A DNA stretch of 50,208 nucleotides from Conidiobolus incongruus B7586 (Eukaryota): assembly GCA_000697335.1 (NCBI GenBank), contig JNEM01010037.1:1-50208 (forward strand), written 5' to 3'. The notes beneath the pieces are model-generated. The model had not been told where the DNA came from. It worked only from the letters and a program-made list of their open reading frames with translations, and made no database searches. Below, piece after piece: positions 26,278 to 39,014 of this stretch (positions are counted from its first letter, which is position 1; every line of letters starts with the position of its first letter). Made by a program: the position numbers and the translations under genes.

Positions 26278-29124
26278 ATGCCATTGATCAATAACCGCTC
26301 AATACCTCTTCAACCTCTTCCTATTATTAGTGTTAAAAAAGGTCCCGGAGTTCCTAAATTCACTCCAGTTTGGGTGATCCAAGAAACAGGAGAAGTTTTT
26401 ACTAATTATTCGTAAAATCTGAAATGATTACATTTATATATTTAACTAATTTTAATTTGAATAGTGATTTCTGTTATAAAGTACTTTTATATCGCAAAAA
26501 GATTTGGACCTGTCAATGGACCGACAAATCTGGCTTAACTTATTATCAAGCTCTTAATTCAGAATTCGAAACAGAAGTTGAAATACTTCGAAGTATTAAT
26601 AAAACTTTAAGGGACCAAGTACTTGGTTTAGTTTTCGACGGACCTGATTATATTAAATTATTGGCCGAATTGGTATATCAAGAACTTCATGGCCCTCTCA
26701 AAGTTGGAGATAAAGTTACTTGGGTAGAAAGCAAATCTGGGTAATTAGATTGATTAAATTTTTAGTTTTAGCCAAACTTAACTTTCTATAGTGCACAAGG
26801 TAAAATCATCGATATCCAAGTCCCCAATAAGAGTAATCCGTCAGAAAACAAATGCATTATTCAAACAGATTCAAATTTGGTGTTCTCTGTTGTGCCAGAT
26901 AATCTAAAGTAATATTTTATATTTAATTTACATATCTTTTCATGCTGATTTGAGTATTTAGAAAAACTGCACCTTATTTAGCTAAAATGGACATTCAAAA
27001 TATTTTACAATTTATCAAAAAGTGCTCTAAAGAACCAGCCCTTAAAAAATATTTTTCGGATGACAAGAATTTGGATCCTTCGAATAAGAGCATTTTACGA
27101 CCAACTTCTAGAGTGGATTACATTTCAAGATTAAATATACATTCTTCATCCCCTAGAGAAAGGAAGGGTACTCCAACATTCATAATAGATTCTGCAAATT
27201 ATTCTGAGAGAGATACAGTAAGTACAATTTCTTAAAAATATCAAATTACTAAACAACTTTGATAGAATTGCTCAGGCTCTCCTGATCCATATTATAAAGC
27301 AAAAACTCCTGTTGAAGGCAATGGTTATAGTCACATTGCTTTTCAGAGAATTCTTCCTGCACCATCAGGTATATTATATCAATTTATTTACATATATAGA
27401 TAGCTTATTTTTTATTTTCAGCAGGATTTACTCCTGGATCAGATGTCAGCTCACCTAAAACATCCAATATCTCAATTGGTAAATTCAAAGGAGTAGAAGA
27501 TCTCACAATCAGAAGCAATCCTCAAAAACAATGCAGACCTACTCTTATTCCCGTACCAATTACATGTCCAAAATTATTATCTTTGACAACAAAGCTATGG
27601 GTTTTCACTAATACTTTTCATGAATCCTTAGATTTCGACCAACTTCCACTATTCAATATTATTGAACTTATCGATCAGTCTATCAATTCTCAATCCCAAA
27701 ATAGATTTGAGATTGAGTATTTAGTAATGGCATATTTGAACCTGGTAGTCCCAGATGCCCATAATATGGCCAGTCAATGGTTTCCCCTTAATTCCACATT
27801 TCCGAACACTTCAGTCGAATTCTTGGCCACTCATCTAGGTGATTGGCGCAAAATTGCTACCCCAATCAAAGCAAACATCTGGGGACGAACTTTATTTGGC
27901 TGTCTTAAACAATTAGCAACCGATATTGCTTTGCCTAATGCACAATACATCATATCCCATTTAGAAGGAACAGAAGATGCTCCAAATGCTTTAGAGCTAA
28001 CCAAAGATATAGAGGAGTTAGTCAAAACTAATATCGAAGATGGGCTCCGCGCAGTTAAGAAAGCTAGAGGCAATAAGGGAAAACCCATTAACGATCCTTC
28101 TACTCAACTTGAAATAGAGCTCCAAACTCGTTTTTATAGATTAAGTACGACGGATAAATTAAACATTTTATCATTTCTAGTAGAACAAGCCAGTGGCTCA
28201 ACTAAAATCAGGTAAATTTTATTGTATTTTACTCTATTATCGCATAGTAATGAGTCGGGTACAGGGATGCGATAGAAGCCAGAGTTGAGGAAAGAACATC
28301 ATTAAAAAGAGATAAATCTGAGTTGCAAAAGATTATAAGAAACAGGTAATACTTTAAGCATCATATTAGTAACCTGAAGTCTAAATTGGCACTTATTCAG
28401 AGTTGACGAGTTGACTATGATCAACCGAAACATTCAAGAGATTGAAGCTACTTTATCACCTTATTTAGATATCCCTACTTCAAGTCCTGTTTCTTCACCT
28501 AGTAGTCTAAGCAATGGTAAAAGGCCTAATGATGGAGATACACCCGCTCCCCAGCTTTCCAGATTGGAAACAAAAAACTTGAGAAAACAACTGGAAGAAT
28601 TGAAGGCCTCCCAACGAGATGTAGAGTCAATTAATCAACAAAACGACGAAAGGCTAGACAAGTTAGAAAATCAAATCAATATGCAATTTGATTTACTTCG
28701 TTTTAAGCCTGTTGGCCAAGATAGGTTCCTCAACAAATATTACTTCGCTTTTGGCTGTGTTAGTTTACCAGATTCCGAAGATGGACCAAAGATTTTGGTT
28801 GAACATTGTGTTGATTTAGACACTCTTTCTCAATTATCTGGAATAAACAGAGACGAATTATCTTCAAGGTGGAATTCAGAATTGGGAACAGATCCTGAAG
28901 AACATCCTAGACCTTGGGGATATTTGGATTCCCTTGATCAGGTAATGATGTTTTAAATTGATATTATCAAAATTTGATTCTGATTCATACTTTGTAATTA
29001 GGTAAAACAGCTGATTGAATGGCTAAACCCAAACGGATTAAGGGAAAAAGTTCTCAAAAGTGGACTCGAAGCAGTATTAGATGCATTTGAAGAGACTGAC
29101 ACTAAAAACGAGTCAGAAAACTAG
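26278..29124 (+). CDS. ITC1: ISWI-complex accessory subunit Itc1/ACF1-like (WAC, DDT, WHIM1, WSD domains)
   Basis: WAC: VWVIQETGEVFTNYS...YRKKIWTCQWTDKSGLTYYQALNSE. WHIM1: FYRLSTTDKLNILSFLVEQ. WSD: PVGQDRFLNKYY and WGYLDSLDQVKQLIEWLNPNGLREKVL. Confidence 0.8.
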
Positions 29125-29511
29125 CAATAACCATTAGTTGAATTGATTTGACCTAATTATGTTCAATGTATACTACACCAATTATTTTCTTTTAATCTAT
29201 ATTATATACAATTTCAATTTATTAAATAATAATAATAACAAAATTTTATCATCAAATTGATTTATTAAATGATAAATCTGGCAGCATTTTCCAAATAATT
29301 CTTTTTCTTCAATAAATACCATATATAAAGAAAACGAAATTTATTAATTTGTACATATCAATTAAACACTTGAATATCATATGCGTTACTCAAATATTGA
29401 GCTTTTATCCAATTAAAATTGATTTATTAATGGATCCATAATCATTTTTATAAATGATTTTAATATCGCTTTTTAATCATTGTACTTATTATTATTTTAA
29501 TCATTCATTAA

Positions 29512-31147
<1,636 letters not shown>

Positions 31148-31349
31148 TATATTTATTATAGAGCTAATAAAACTTTAGAATATAATTATTGTTAAAAATA
31201 TCATTTGTTTTGTGAAAACAAGCTGATATTCTTAAATATTTTATAATTCATAATTGAATATTTTATTGTAATTCTAATTTTGAATAAATATAGATTAAAA
31301 TATGATAAATAAAAAATGATTTTAAAAAAATATTTATAAATAAATTAAA

Positions 31350-31553
31350 TTATTGTTCAGAATTCTTATTGATATTCGAGTCATTTAAAGCTTTTTCAGC
31401 TTCTCTTTCGGCAACTTTAGCTTTAATTCCTTGGATGGTGGTTCTCATAGTAGCACTAGTTTCTAATATAGCATATCCAGTAAAAACCAAAATGCCAGTA
31501 ACAGCAACTTTGTGAATTAGATCAGGTAATTTACTGCCAGATAAGTTTCTCAT
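31350..31553 (-). CDS. Small single-TM protein, probable cytochrome c oxidase assembly factor Cox14-like
   Basis: 67 aa with D..HK..V..IL..TGY followed by a charged tail, resembling COX14. Coding-like composition inside AT-rich flanks. Confidence 0.55.
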   Translation of the reverse strand: MRNLSGSKLPDLIHKVAVTGILVFTGYAILETSATMRTTIQGIKAKVAEREAEKALNDSNINKNSEQ

Positions 31554-31855
31554 TTTAGATTAATGTGTTGAAATATAGATGATATAATATAATTTAAAAC
31601 CTTAAAGGTTAAAATGAAATATGTTTGTTTAAATTTTAGTGAAATTATGGGATCAATGGGATATCCATAATTTGAAATTTTATTAAATTTATTTTTGAAT
31701 ATTTAAAATATTCATCCCTCATATCTGTCCCATATCAATTAATTTTTAAAATTAATCTTATATTCATCAAACCTCGAAGAATGAGTGATCAAAAGTGAAT
31801 ATTAAATATTATATACTCTTGAATTCGAATAATTTTTAACTATCAGACTCAAACT

Positions 31856-32236
31856 ATGAATATTTCAGTTAAATTCTTTGAAAATAATAATTCACTTAAT
31901 ATTAAATTTGATAAAATATTATATAAAAAATAATTTTACTTTAATTAAAAAATTCTAAGAATATTATTAAATTAAATGTATTATTACTTTAAGATATTAT
32001 AAAATTACTTAATTTGATTTTATATTAAAAAGAAACTAGGAATATAAGTTAATTTAACATGAATGAATGCAACCTAAATAACATGGGAATTATCCATTAA
32101 TATTTAATTAAAACTTTAACATACCCATAATTTATTTAATATTTGTAGGATATTCTGTATAAATATCTTATTCATTTTTTAAATAAAAGTGAAATATATT
32201 TAATTAATTCAACTTTATTAAATAATGAATATTTCA
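31856..32236. mobile_element. Candidate degenerate 357-bp insertion flanked by a 12-bp direct repeat (ATGAATATTTCA)
   Basis: Identical 12-mers at 31856-31867 and 32225-32236 flank a highly AT-rich segment. No clear TIRs and no coding content. Confidence 0.4.
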
Positions 32237-32833
32237 AAACAGTATCAATTGAAAAAATACGCAGAAGCTACTTTAGGTGCTGGATATTTAAAAGAAGTGG
32301 TCAAATTGCCAAAAGGTGAAGATCTTAATGAATGGTTGGCTATGAGTGCAGTTGATTTTTTTAACCAAGCCAATATGTTGTATAGTTTGGTAACTGAATG
32401 GTGTACACCACTCCACTGTCCTTTAATGTCAGCTGGACCCAAATATTCTTACTACTGGAAGGATGAAGCCAAAAAAGGAAACTCTGAACCTATCCAAGTC
32501 CCAGCACCTAAATATGTGGACTTATTAATGGCCTGGATTCAATCTCAAATAGATAACGAACGATTATTCCCCACCAAGCTCGGCATTCCGTTCCCCGCCA
32601 ACTTCTTACCCACAGTCAAAGTGATATTCAAGAGACTGCACCGAGTTTATGCTCATTTATATCATTCACACTTTGATCATCTATTAGGTTTAGGAGAGGA
32701 AGTTCATCTCAACACGTCTTATAAGCATTTGATTTATTTTATTCAAGAGTTTGAATTAGTTGATGAATCTGAATTAGCTCCAATGTCTGATTTAATTGCT
32801 ACTTTTAACGATCCTGAACCTGTTGAAAATTGA
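32225..32833 (+). CDS. MOB1: MOB kinase activator Mob1
   Basis: YAEATLG.G.LKEVVKLPKGEDLNEWLA, CPLMSAGPKYSYYW and IFKRLHRVYAHLYHSHF...HLNTSYKH motifs. Confidence 0.92.
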   Translation: MNISKQYQLKKYAEATLGAGYLKEVVKLPKGEDLNEWLAMSAVDFFNQANMLYSLVTEWCTPLHCPLMSAGPKYSYYWKDEAKKGNSEPIQVPAPKYVDLLMAWIQSQIDNERLFPTKLGIPFPANFLPTVKVIFKRLHRVYAHLYHSHFDHLLGLGEEVHLNTSYKHLIYFIQEFELVDESELAPMSDLIATFNDPEPVEN

Positions 32834-34699
32834 TAACCGGATAATGTTAAAATATGTTAACTTCTAATAAAAGTAATACAGAATATAATATTTATTTAAA
32901 ATTATCTGATAATATTTTTCTAATTATATTTTCTATTCAAAAATTCTTAATCTTATTTCCAAATTCAATATTACTCATTATGCTATAAAGGTTGCTATCC
33001 AAAATCTGTACCATTACACGATAAACCTATCACAAATTCATATAAATTATATTTAAAGGTTACTATATATAGTTTTTAAATTTATAGAAAGTTAAATTTT
33101 AATATTTAATATTGATACATTAAAATAAATAATTTAATATTTTTAAATATTTAATGCTTTAATCTTAATATTACAAATTAGTATTGAAAATATTAAAAAG
33201 CTAATTAATTAAGTATAAGTATTAGAATATATTAAATATTTTTTTTGAAAAATTAATAGTATAGCGGCAGTATAATGCAAAGACTTTAACTATTTGTTTA
33301 ATAGCAATTTTTCAAAAACCATTCCATTAAAGTTTTTTGAGTTTGAATTTTTACCTAATATTAATCTATTTAGGTTATTCAATGATTTAACATATTAAAA
33401 AACCATTATATAGAACTATATATGTATAGGTACATTGCAACATTGATAACAAAATTTTGTTGATGATTTGGTATAGAAATATATACCTCGTGTATATCAC
33501 ATTTATCCAATTATATACATAACTTTTAAGCAAAGTTATATTTATATCAATAACTTTCATTGAAATAAATCATTATAACTGATAATGATTAAGCATATTG
33601 GTATAAATTAAGAATTTGTCTGATTCCATATTTCAATATGATATTTCTAAAAATCTCTAAAATATTTCAGTCTTGAAAATTTATATAATTTTAATTTAAT
33701 CTTTTTTATTTATAATAAAATCAAAGATATATTTGAAGTTTTCTTTAGTATTTTGCTTAAATAATTATTCCTATTCTTTAATTATAAATTATAAATTATA
33801 TATTTTATATTTTATATTTTATATTATATTTTTTCCAATAACCAGCTTATTTTAATTATATATTGAATAAGTTAATGGCATATAATATTTGAAAAATCTT
33901 TATTTAATTATTTAAATTAATTAGCTATTATATTAGTTAAGAAAGAAAAAAAATGATAATTTTTAATTTTTTAAATATATTATTAATTTCAAAGAATATA
34001 TTATGAAATTTAATTATTAGTAAATTAGATAATATTCATCAAAATCTTTAAATCTTGATATTATTAAAATTGAACTATAAACCTTATAAAATTATTTAAA
34101 ATTTATATATAACTAATAAGAATAATATTTTATCTAAAACTACCATTGATTATTGGATTTCCTTATTTCATAATTAAGAAAGATATTTTTTAAAATTTAG
34201 CAAATTATAACATTAATTTTAATTATTTTTATTTTTAATAATAAAATAAAAGTTTATATTATAATAATATTATATTTAAATTAAAAAGTTATCAGAGCAA
34301 TATAACATTAATTATATAAGAATACTATATATTAAAGTTTCAACCTAGTTTAGTCAAAAATATAATTATATAAATACTTTATAATTTAACTAAAGCTTAA
34401 AATACTAAAATAATTATAATTAAAAAAATCATAAAGAAATACCCAAAAATAAACACCTTTATATTAAATAATTTTAATTAATAAAACTTAAGTTTATTAT
34501 ATAATTTTTTATATAAAAATTAAACAAAATATTAAGTTAAATTAAAACATCTTATTTCAAAAATTCTAATAAATAAATATTTTATTTTTAAGAAAATAAT
34601 AATTATTATAATATCCCATAATAATATATGGATTTATATTTAGTTTTTAAAAAAATTAATTAATAATAAATTTGATTTTTAATAAAATTATTTTTAATT

Positions 34700-34711
34700 G
34701 GGGGGGGGGGG
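34700..34711 (+). repeat. G12 homopolymer inside an extremely AT-rich tract (~33000-35300)
   Basis: Read directly from the sequence. Confidence 0.9.
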
Positions 34712-36123
34712 TTATAAATTAAAAATATTTATTATTTTGTATAATAATTATAAAATATATATAAAGTTAAATATATGTATAATTTTTTATATAAAAAATT
34801 AGAAAAAACCACCATATTTAATATATTCATTAAATTCAATCTTAGTTAATTATAATTATTTTAAGAAATTAAAAAATATACTTATAAAAAAGAAAATTCT
34901 GGTAATCAAATTTAATTAGTTGATAAAATATTAAATTTCAGTTTTTGATGAAAAAGCTGCTAAATATTAAAGTTTATAAAAAGTATAATAAAAAGTTATT
35001 GATAATAAAAGAGAATATAATTTTAATATTATCTATTTTTTCAAATATCAAGTATTATTTTTGATATTTGATTTTGATTTTAAAGTTTTTCTATTATTTA
35101 AGCTTTATAGTAACAATAATATAATACTGGTATTTCATCATAATAGTAGTCTCAAATTATTTAAATATATTTAATATAGAATTCAAAGTTTACTATTGAA
35201 TAATATTTCAATTCTATACTCCTAATACCAAATATTGTAATAAATTCAGAAAGATGATTACTTGAAATATATTAACCAAATCACTTCTTTATAGCAATAT
35301 TGAAATACCCTAAAGTTAAAATATTATTTACAAATAACATTTTAGCTAAATAATAAATGCTTTTACAACCTGATTTTTATGTGACAAAAATATAGTTCAA
35401 CTTGAATCAACTATACATTAATATTTATTGATTTTTAGCCGATAAATATTGCACTGGTTTGTCAATATATTTCACACTATTTAATACACTCTGCGTTTTA
35501 TTGATTAAATTTCAATATTTTATAATATCTAAACTCAAAGCTCAAATAAATATATATTAATATTTCGATCAAAATACTGTGGTATATTGACACTGAACTA
35601 GAGTAAAATTTTTGATTTTAATCAATCATTTTGAATTTGAAATAAATACTTTGGATAGTAGATGAATTTAATTAAAATACTTCAATATTCCATGAATATA
35701 TGATAGCAATAATTTAAATCATTTCCAACTATAGTTGACCAATGATTTGAAACTTATTTTAACAAATTAAATATTTATATTTTATTACGACACTTCATTC
35801 AATTTAGAATTTGAATTAATATTATATAAGTTCATCCATCACCAATCATTTTATTTAATTATCAAAGTTTAATTTAAAGACCTCAACGTCACATGATATA
35901 TACATCCATCCTTTTTTATGTTCAACCAATGAATTTTGGGGATGAGATGAATATTGCTATTTAAAGGATGCCAGTAAACTCGAATGACAGTCTTGGGAAT
36001 ATTCAATAAATCATACCTCAATTTAATTCTTCCAATCAATATATATACTACGTTTCAAGCCTCTTTCTATCACTTGCTTTCACTTTGATTAAATTAATAA
36101 ATATCATATAAATTAAAAAAAAT

Positions 36124-37422
36124 ATGTCAAAGTTATTCAGAGTTGTTAAACCCAACTTACTAGCTAATATTAATACAGGCTTGCGTCGTCATCTTCAAAC
36201 TTCTACTAGGCTTAGTGTAGATGGTGTCAAAGTAAGATCCAAGTATCCTGGTGCTCTTGACTCCTATTTTAGCCACGAACTCAAGTTTATAACCCCCACT
36301 GAAGCTATTGATACCTATAGAGTTATGGACGAAAACGGTGTTGTTTCTCATCCAGAAAATGAACCTGATGTCTCTCAAGAATTGGCTACTAAAATTTATC
36401 AAGATATGATTACTTTAAACACCATGGACAATATTTTATACGATGCTCAGCGTCAAGGTCGTATCTCTTTCTATATGACCAGTTATGGTGAAGAAGGTCA
36501 AATTGGATCTGCTGCTGCCTTGACTGCTGAAGATGTGATCTATGGCCAATATAGAGAAGCTGGTGTGATTCTTCACCGTGGATTCACATTAGATGAAATC
36601 ATGAATCAATGTTATAGCAACATGTATGATGTTGGTAAGGGAAGACAGATGCCTGTTCACTATGGCTGTAAAAGATTAAATTTCCAAACTATTTCCTCTC
36701 CTCTCGCAACCCAAATTCCCCAAGCTTCAGGAGCTGCCTACGCTTTGAAGATGGAAGGTAAGAAGGCTATCGTAATGTGCTACTTCGGTGAAGGTGCTGC
36801 TTCAGAAGGTGATTTCCACCCTGCATTAAATATGGCTGCCACTTTGAACTGTCCTGTCATTTTCTATTGTAGAAATAATGGATTTGCCATTTCAACTCCT
36901 TCTAATGAACAATACCGTGGGGATGGTATTGCTGCTCGTGGTATTGGTTATGGTATCGATACCATTCGCGTTGATGGTAACGACGTTTGGGCTGTGTATA
37001 ATGCCACTAAGGCTGCTAGGGCTAGAGCTTTGGAACACAACAAACCCGTTTTAATTGAAGCTATGACCTACCGTGTTGGGCATCACTCCACCTCTGACGA
37101 CTCATCAGCCTACCGTTCCAAGCAAGAAGTTGAAGATTGGAAACGTTTGGATAATCCTATTACCCGTACTCGTAAATGGATGGAAGGTAAAGGCTGGTGG
37201 GATCAAACCAAAGAAGACGAATTCCGCAAGAAGATTCGTAAAGATATTTTGACAGCTTTCAGTAAAGCTGAAAAAGTCCCCAAGCCCCCTATTGAAGAAT
37301 TGTTTACTGATGTTTACGATACTCTTCCTCCTCACCTTCTGAAACAGAAGCATGAGATGGAAGAGCATATTAAGAAATATCCCGAATTTTATCCAATCAA
37401 AGATTATGCTCAAAAGAATTAA
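36124..37422 (+). CDS. BCKDHA: Branched-chain 2-oxoacid dehydrogenase E1 alpha subunit, mitochondrial, intronless
   Basis: QRQGRISFYMT, GRQMPVHYG, FGEGAASEGDFH...RNNG and YRVGHHSTSDDSSAYRS motifs, plus an N-terminal presequence. Confidence 0.96.
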   Translation: MSKLFRVVKPNLLANINTGLRRHLQTSTRLSVDGVKVRSKYPGALDSYFSHELKFITPTEAIDTYRVMDENGVVSHPENEPDVSQELATKIYQDMITLNTMDNILYDAQRQGRISFYMTSYGEEGQIGSAAALTAEDVIYGQYREAGVILHRGFTLDEIMNQCYSNMYDVGKGRQMPVHYGCKRLNFQTISSPLATQIPQASGAAYALKMEGKKAIVMCYFGEGAASEGDFHPALNMAATLNCPVIFYCRNNGFAISTPSNEQYRGDGIAARGIGYGIDTIRVDGNDVWAVYNATKAARARALEHNKPVLIEAMTYRVGHHSTSDDSSAYRSKQEVEDWKRLDNPITRTRKWMEGKGWWDQTKEDEFRKKIRKDILTAFSKAEKVPKPPIEELFTDVYDTLPPHLLKQKHEMEEHIKKYPEFYPIKDYAQKN

Positions 37423-37657
37423 TTGAACATATCAATCCCAACATAATTCATCAATAAAATTATAAAATAATAATATCAATTTACATATCATATTAAAGTT
37501 AATATTTGAGAATTTCTATTTATTATTATAAATGAATGTATTATATAATACTGATATAATCGTAATTAGAATATATTATTTCAAATATTAATCAGTAATA
37601 TTTATTTACCTTTTGATATAGAATATATAAAAAGATGCTATTATGAAGATCGAAACA

Positions 37658-38640
37658 TCACTTCAAGTAATAAACAGCGCAATACTTGACCTCAATTAAT
37701 AATGTTTGAATGAGGTTTTAACCATCATCAAACACATCTTCCTCCAAATGGCCACGAAATTGAAGGATAATCAAATTGGAGTTAATCAATTCACTAAGAA
37801 CAGAAATTTGATATGAAATATCGTTTTCTTAATAAGGCAATATTTTGAATAGCAGTTTTATCTCCTTTTCTATTTTTTAAAGGGATTATATGAACTATTA
37901 CAAAATCTTTTTAACTATATTGAATTTAATATAAATAAAATGATTTTATATTGTTCAAATATCTCATAAAGAGATTATTAAAATTCATATCAAGATTTAT
38001 ATTTTTAACTGATTGGAAACAGGTTTTACTCTTGATTAAAATTTTAGAATAACAATATATTAGGATTAAAAAGCAAAAAATTATTATTATTATTATTATT
38101 ATTGTTATCAATAGTTAGAGTGTTTTGTCAAATTTTGTATTATTAGCTGTTCCTTAAGCAATTGACCATTACACTATTATATAAAACAATGAATATGTTA
38201 TTATTTTGATGGGTTCAAATATATTAATAAATCTTAGTTTTACTTTGTTTTAGTTTGCTAACTTGAAAGTGAGCATTGTGCACAATGATGGAAAATATAT
38301 TACCGCACATGGACTGACAGTGATTAATTTCCTTGAATTCATTCCAACTAAATAATATGATTACAATTAATAAATTAACTCAAATTAAATTGGTCTTCAA
38401 CAACGATATTTTTATTGGCGTCTTAAGATAGAGCCGTAGCTGAAGTATCTATCTTCAGATTTTCTTTCTATAAAAATAACTCCCTTCTTTTGTTTTTGTT
38501 AGCTTATACCCTTTTATTTGAATCTATAGGTTCATCGATACAGTCATTCTCATTAATTACAGGATGCAATTCCCAACTCAACTTGTCAACCGGTTTAGGC
38601 AACGTGCTCGCATCAAACTGCATTAATTCGACGGGTTTCT
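37658..38640 (-). pseudogene. Degenerate multi-exon gene of unknown family
   Basis: Coding-like exon segments with GT-AG boundaries: KPVELMQFDASTLPKPVDKLSWELHPV...|KENLKIDTSATALS*DANK... and KEIKLLFKILPY*ENDISYQ...EEDVFDDG*NLIQTLL...YYLK*. In-frame TAA at 38423-38425, 37829-37831 and 37718-37720. Confidence 0.5.
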
Positions 38641-39014
38641 AAGTCGACTACCTTAACAAATATAAAATGAAATATCTTTACTTTTTTTCGTAATGTAATT
38701 ATTTCAACTTCATAAATACTTATGTTGTAAAGGATAGCTGGAATTTTGAATATATATTAAGTATTCAGATCCAAATAATTTAATTATTCATTAAATGTCT
38801 AATATTGAATTAATATACATATATGAGTTATTTTAAACATTTATGTATTCATAATACTAAACTAATTCTACATTCACTAAATGTATCCAGTATTCCTCAA
38901 AGTGATCCCACAATAATTCCAAATCAGAAACGAAAATAAAAATTGAATTCCTTTTGGACTTTGTATCTATATTAATCAACCAATTAAAAATTATATTGAA
39001 ATATAAAAATAACA

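Noticed and set aside
37926..38111. 61-aa Ile-rich ORF
   Set aside because: It derives from a (TTA)n microsatellite in AT-rich DNA and has a non-ATG start.
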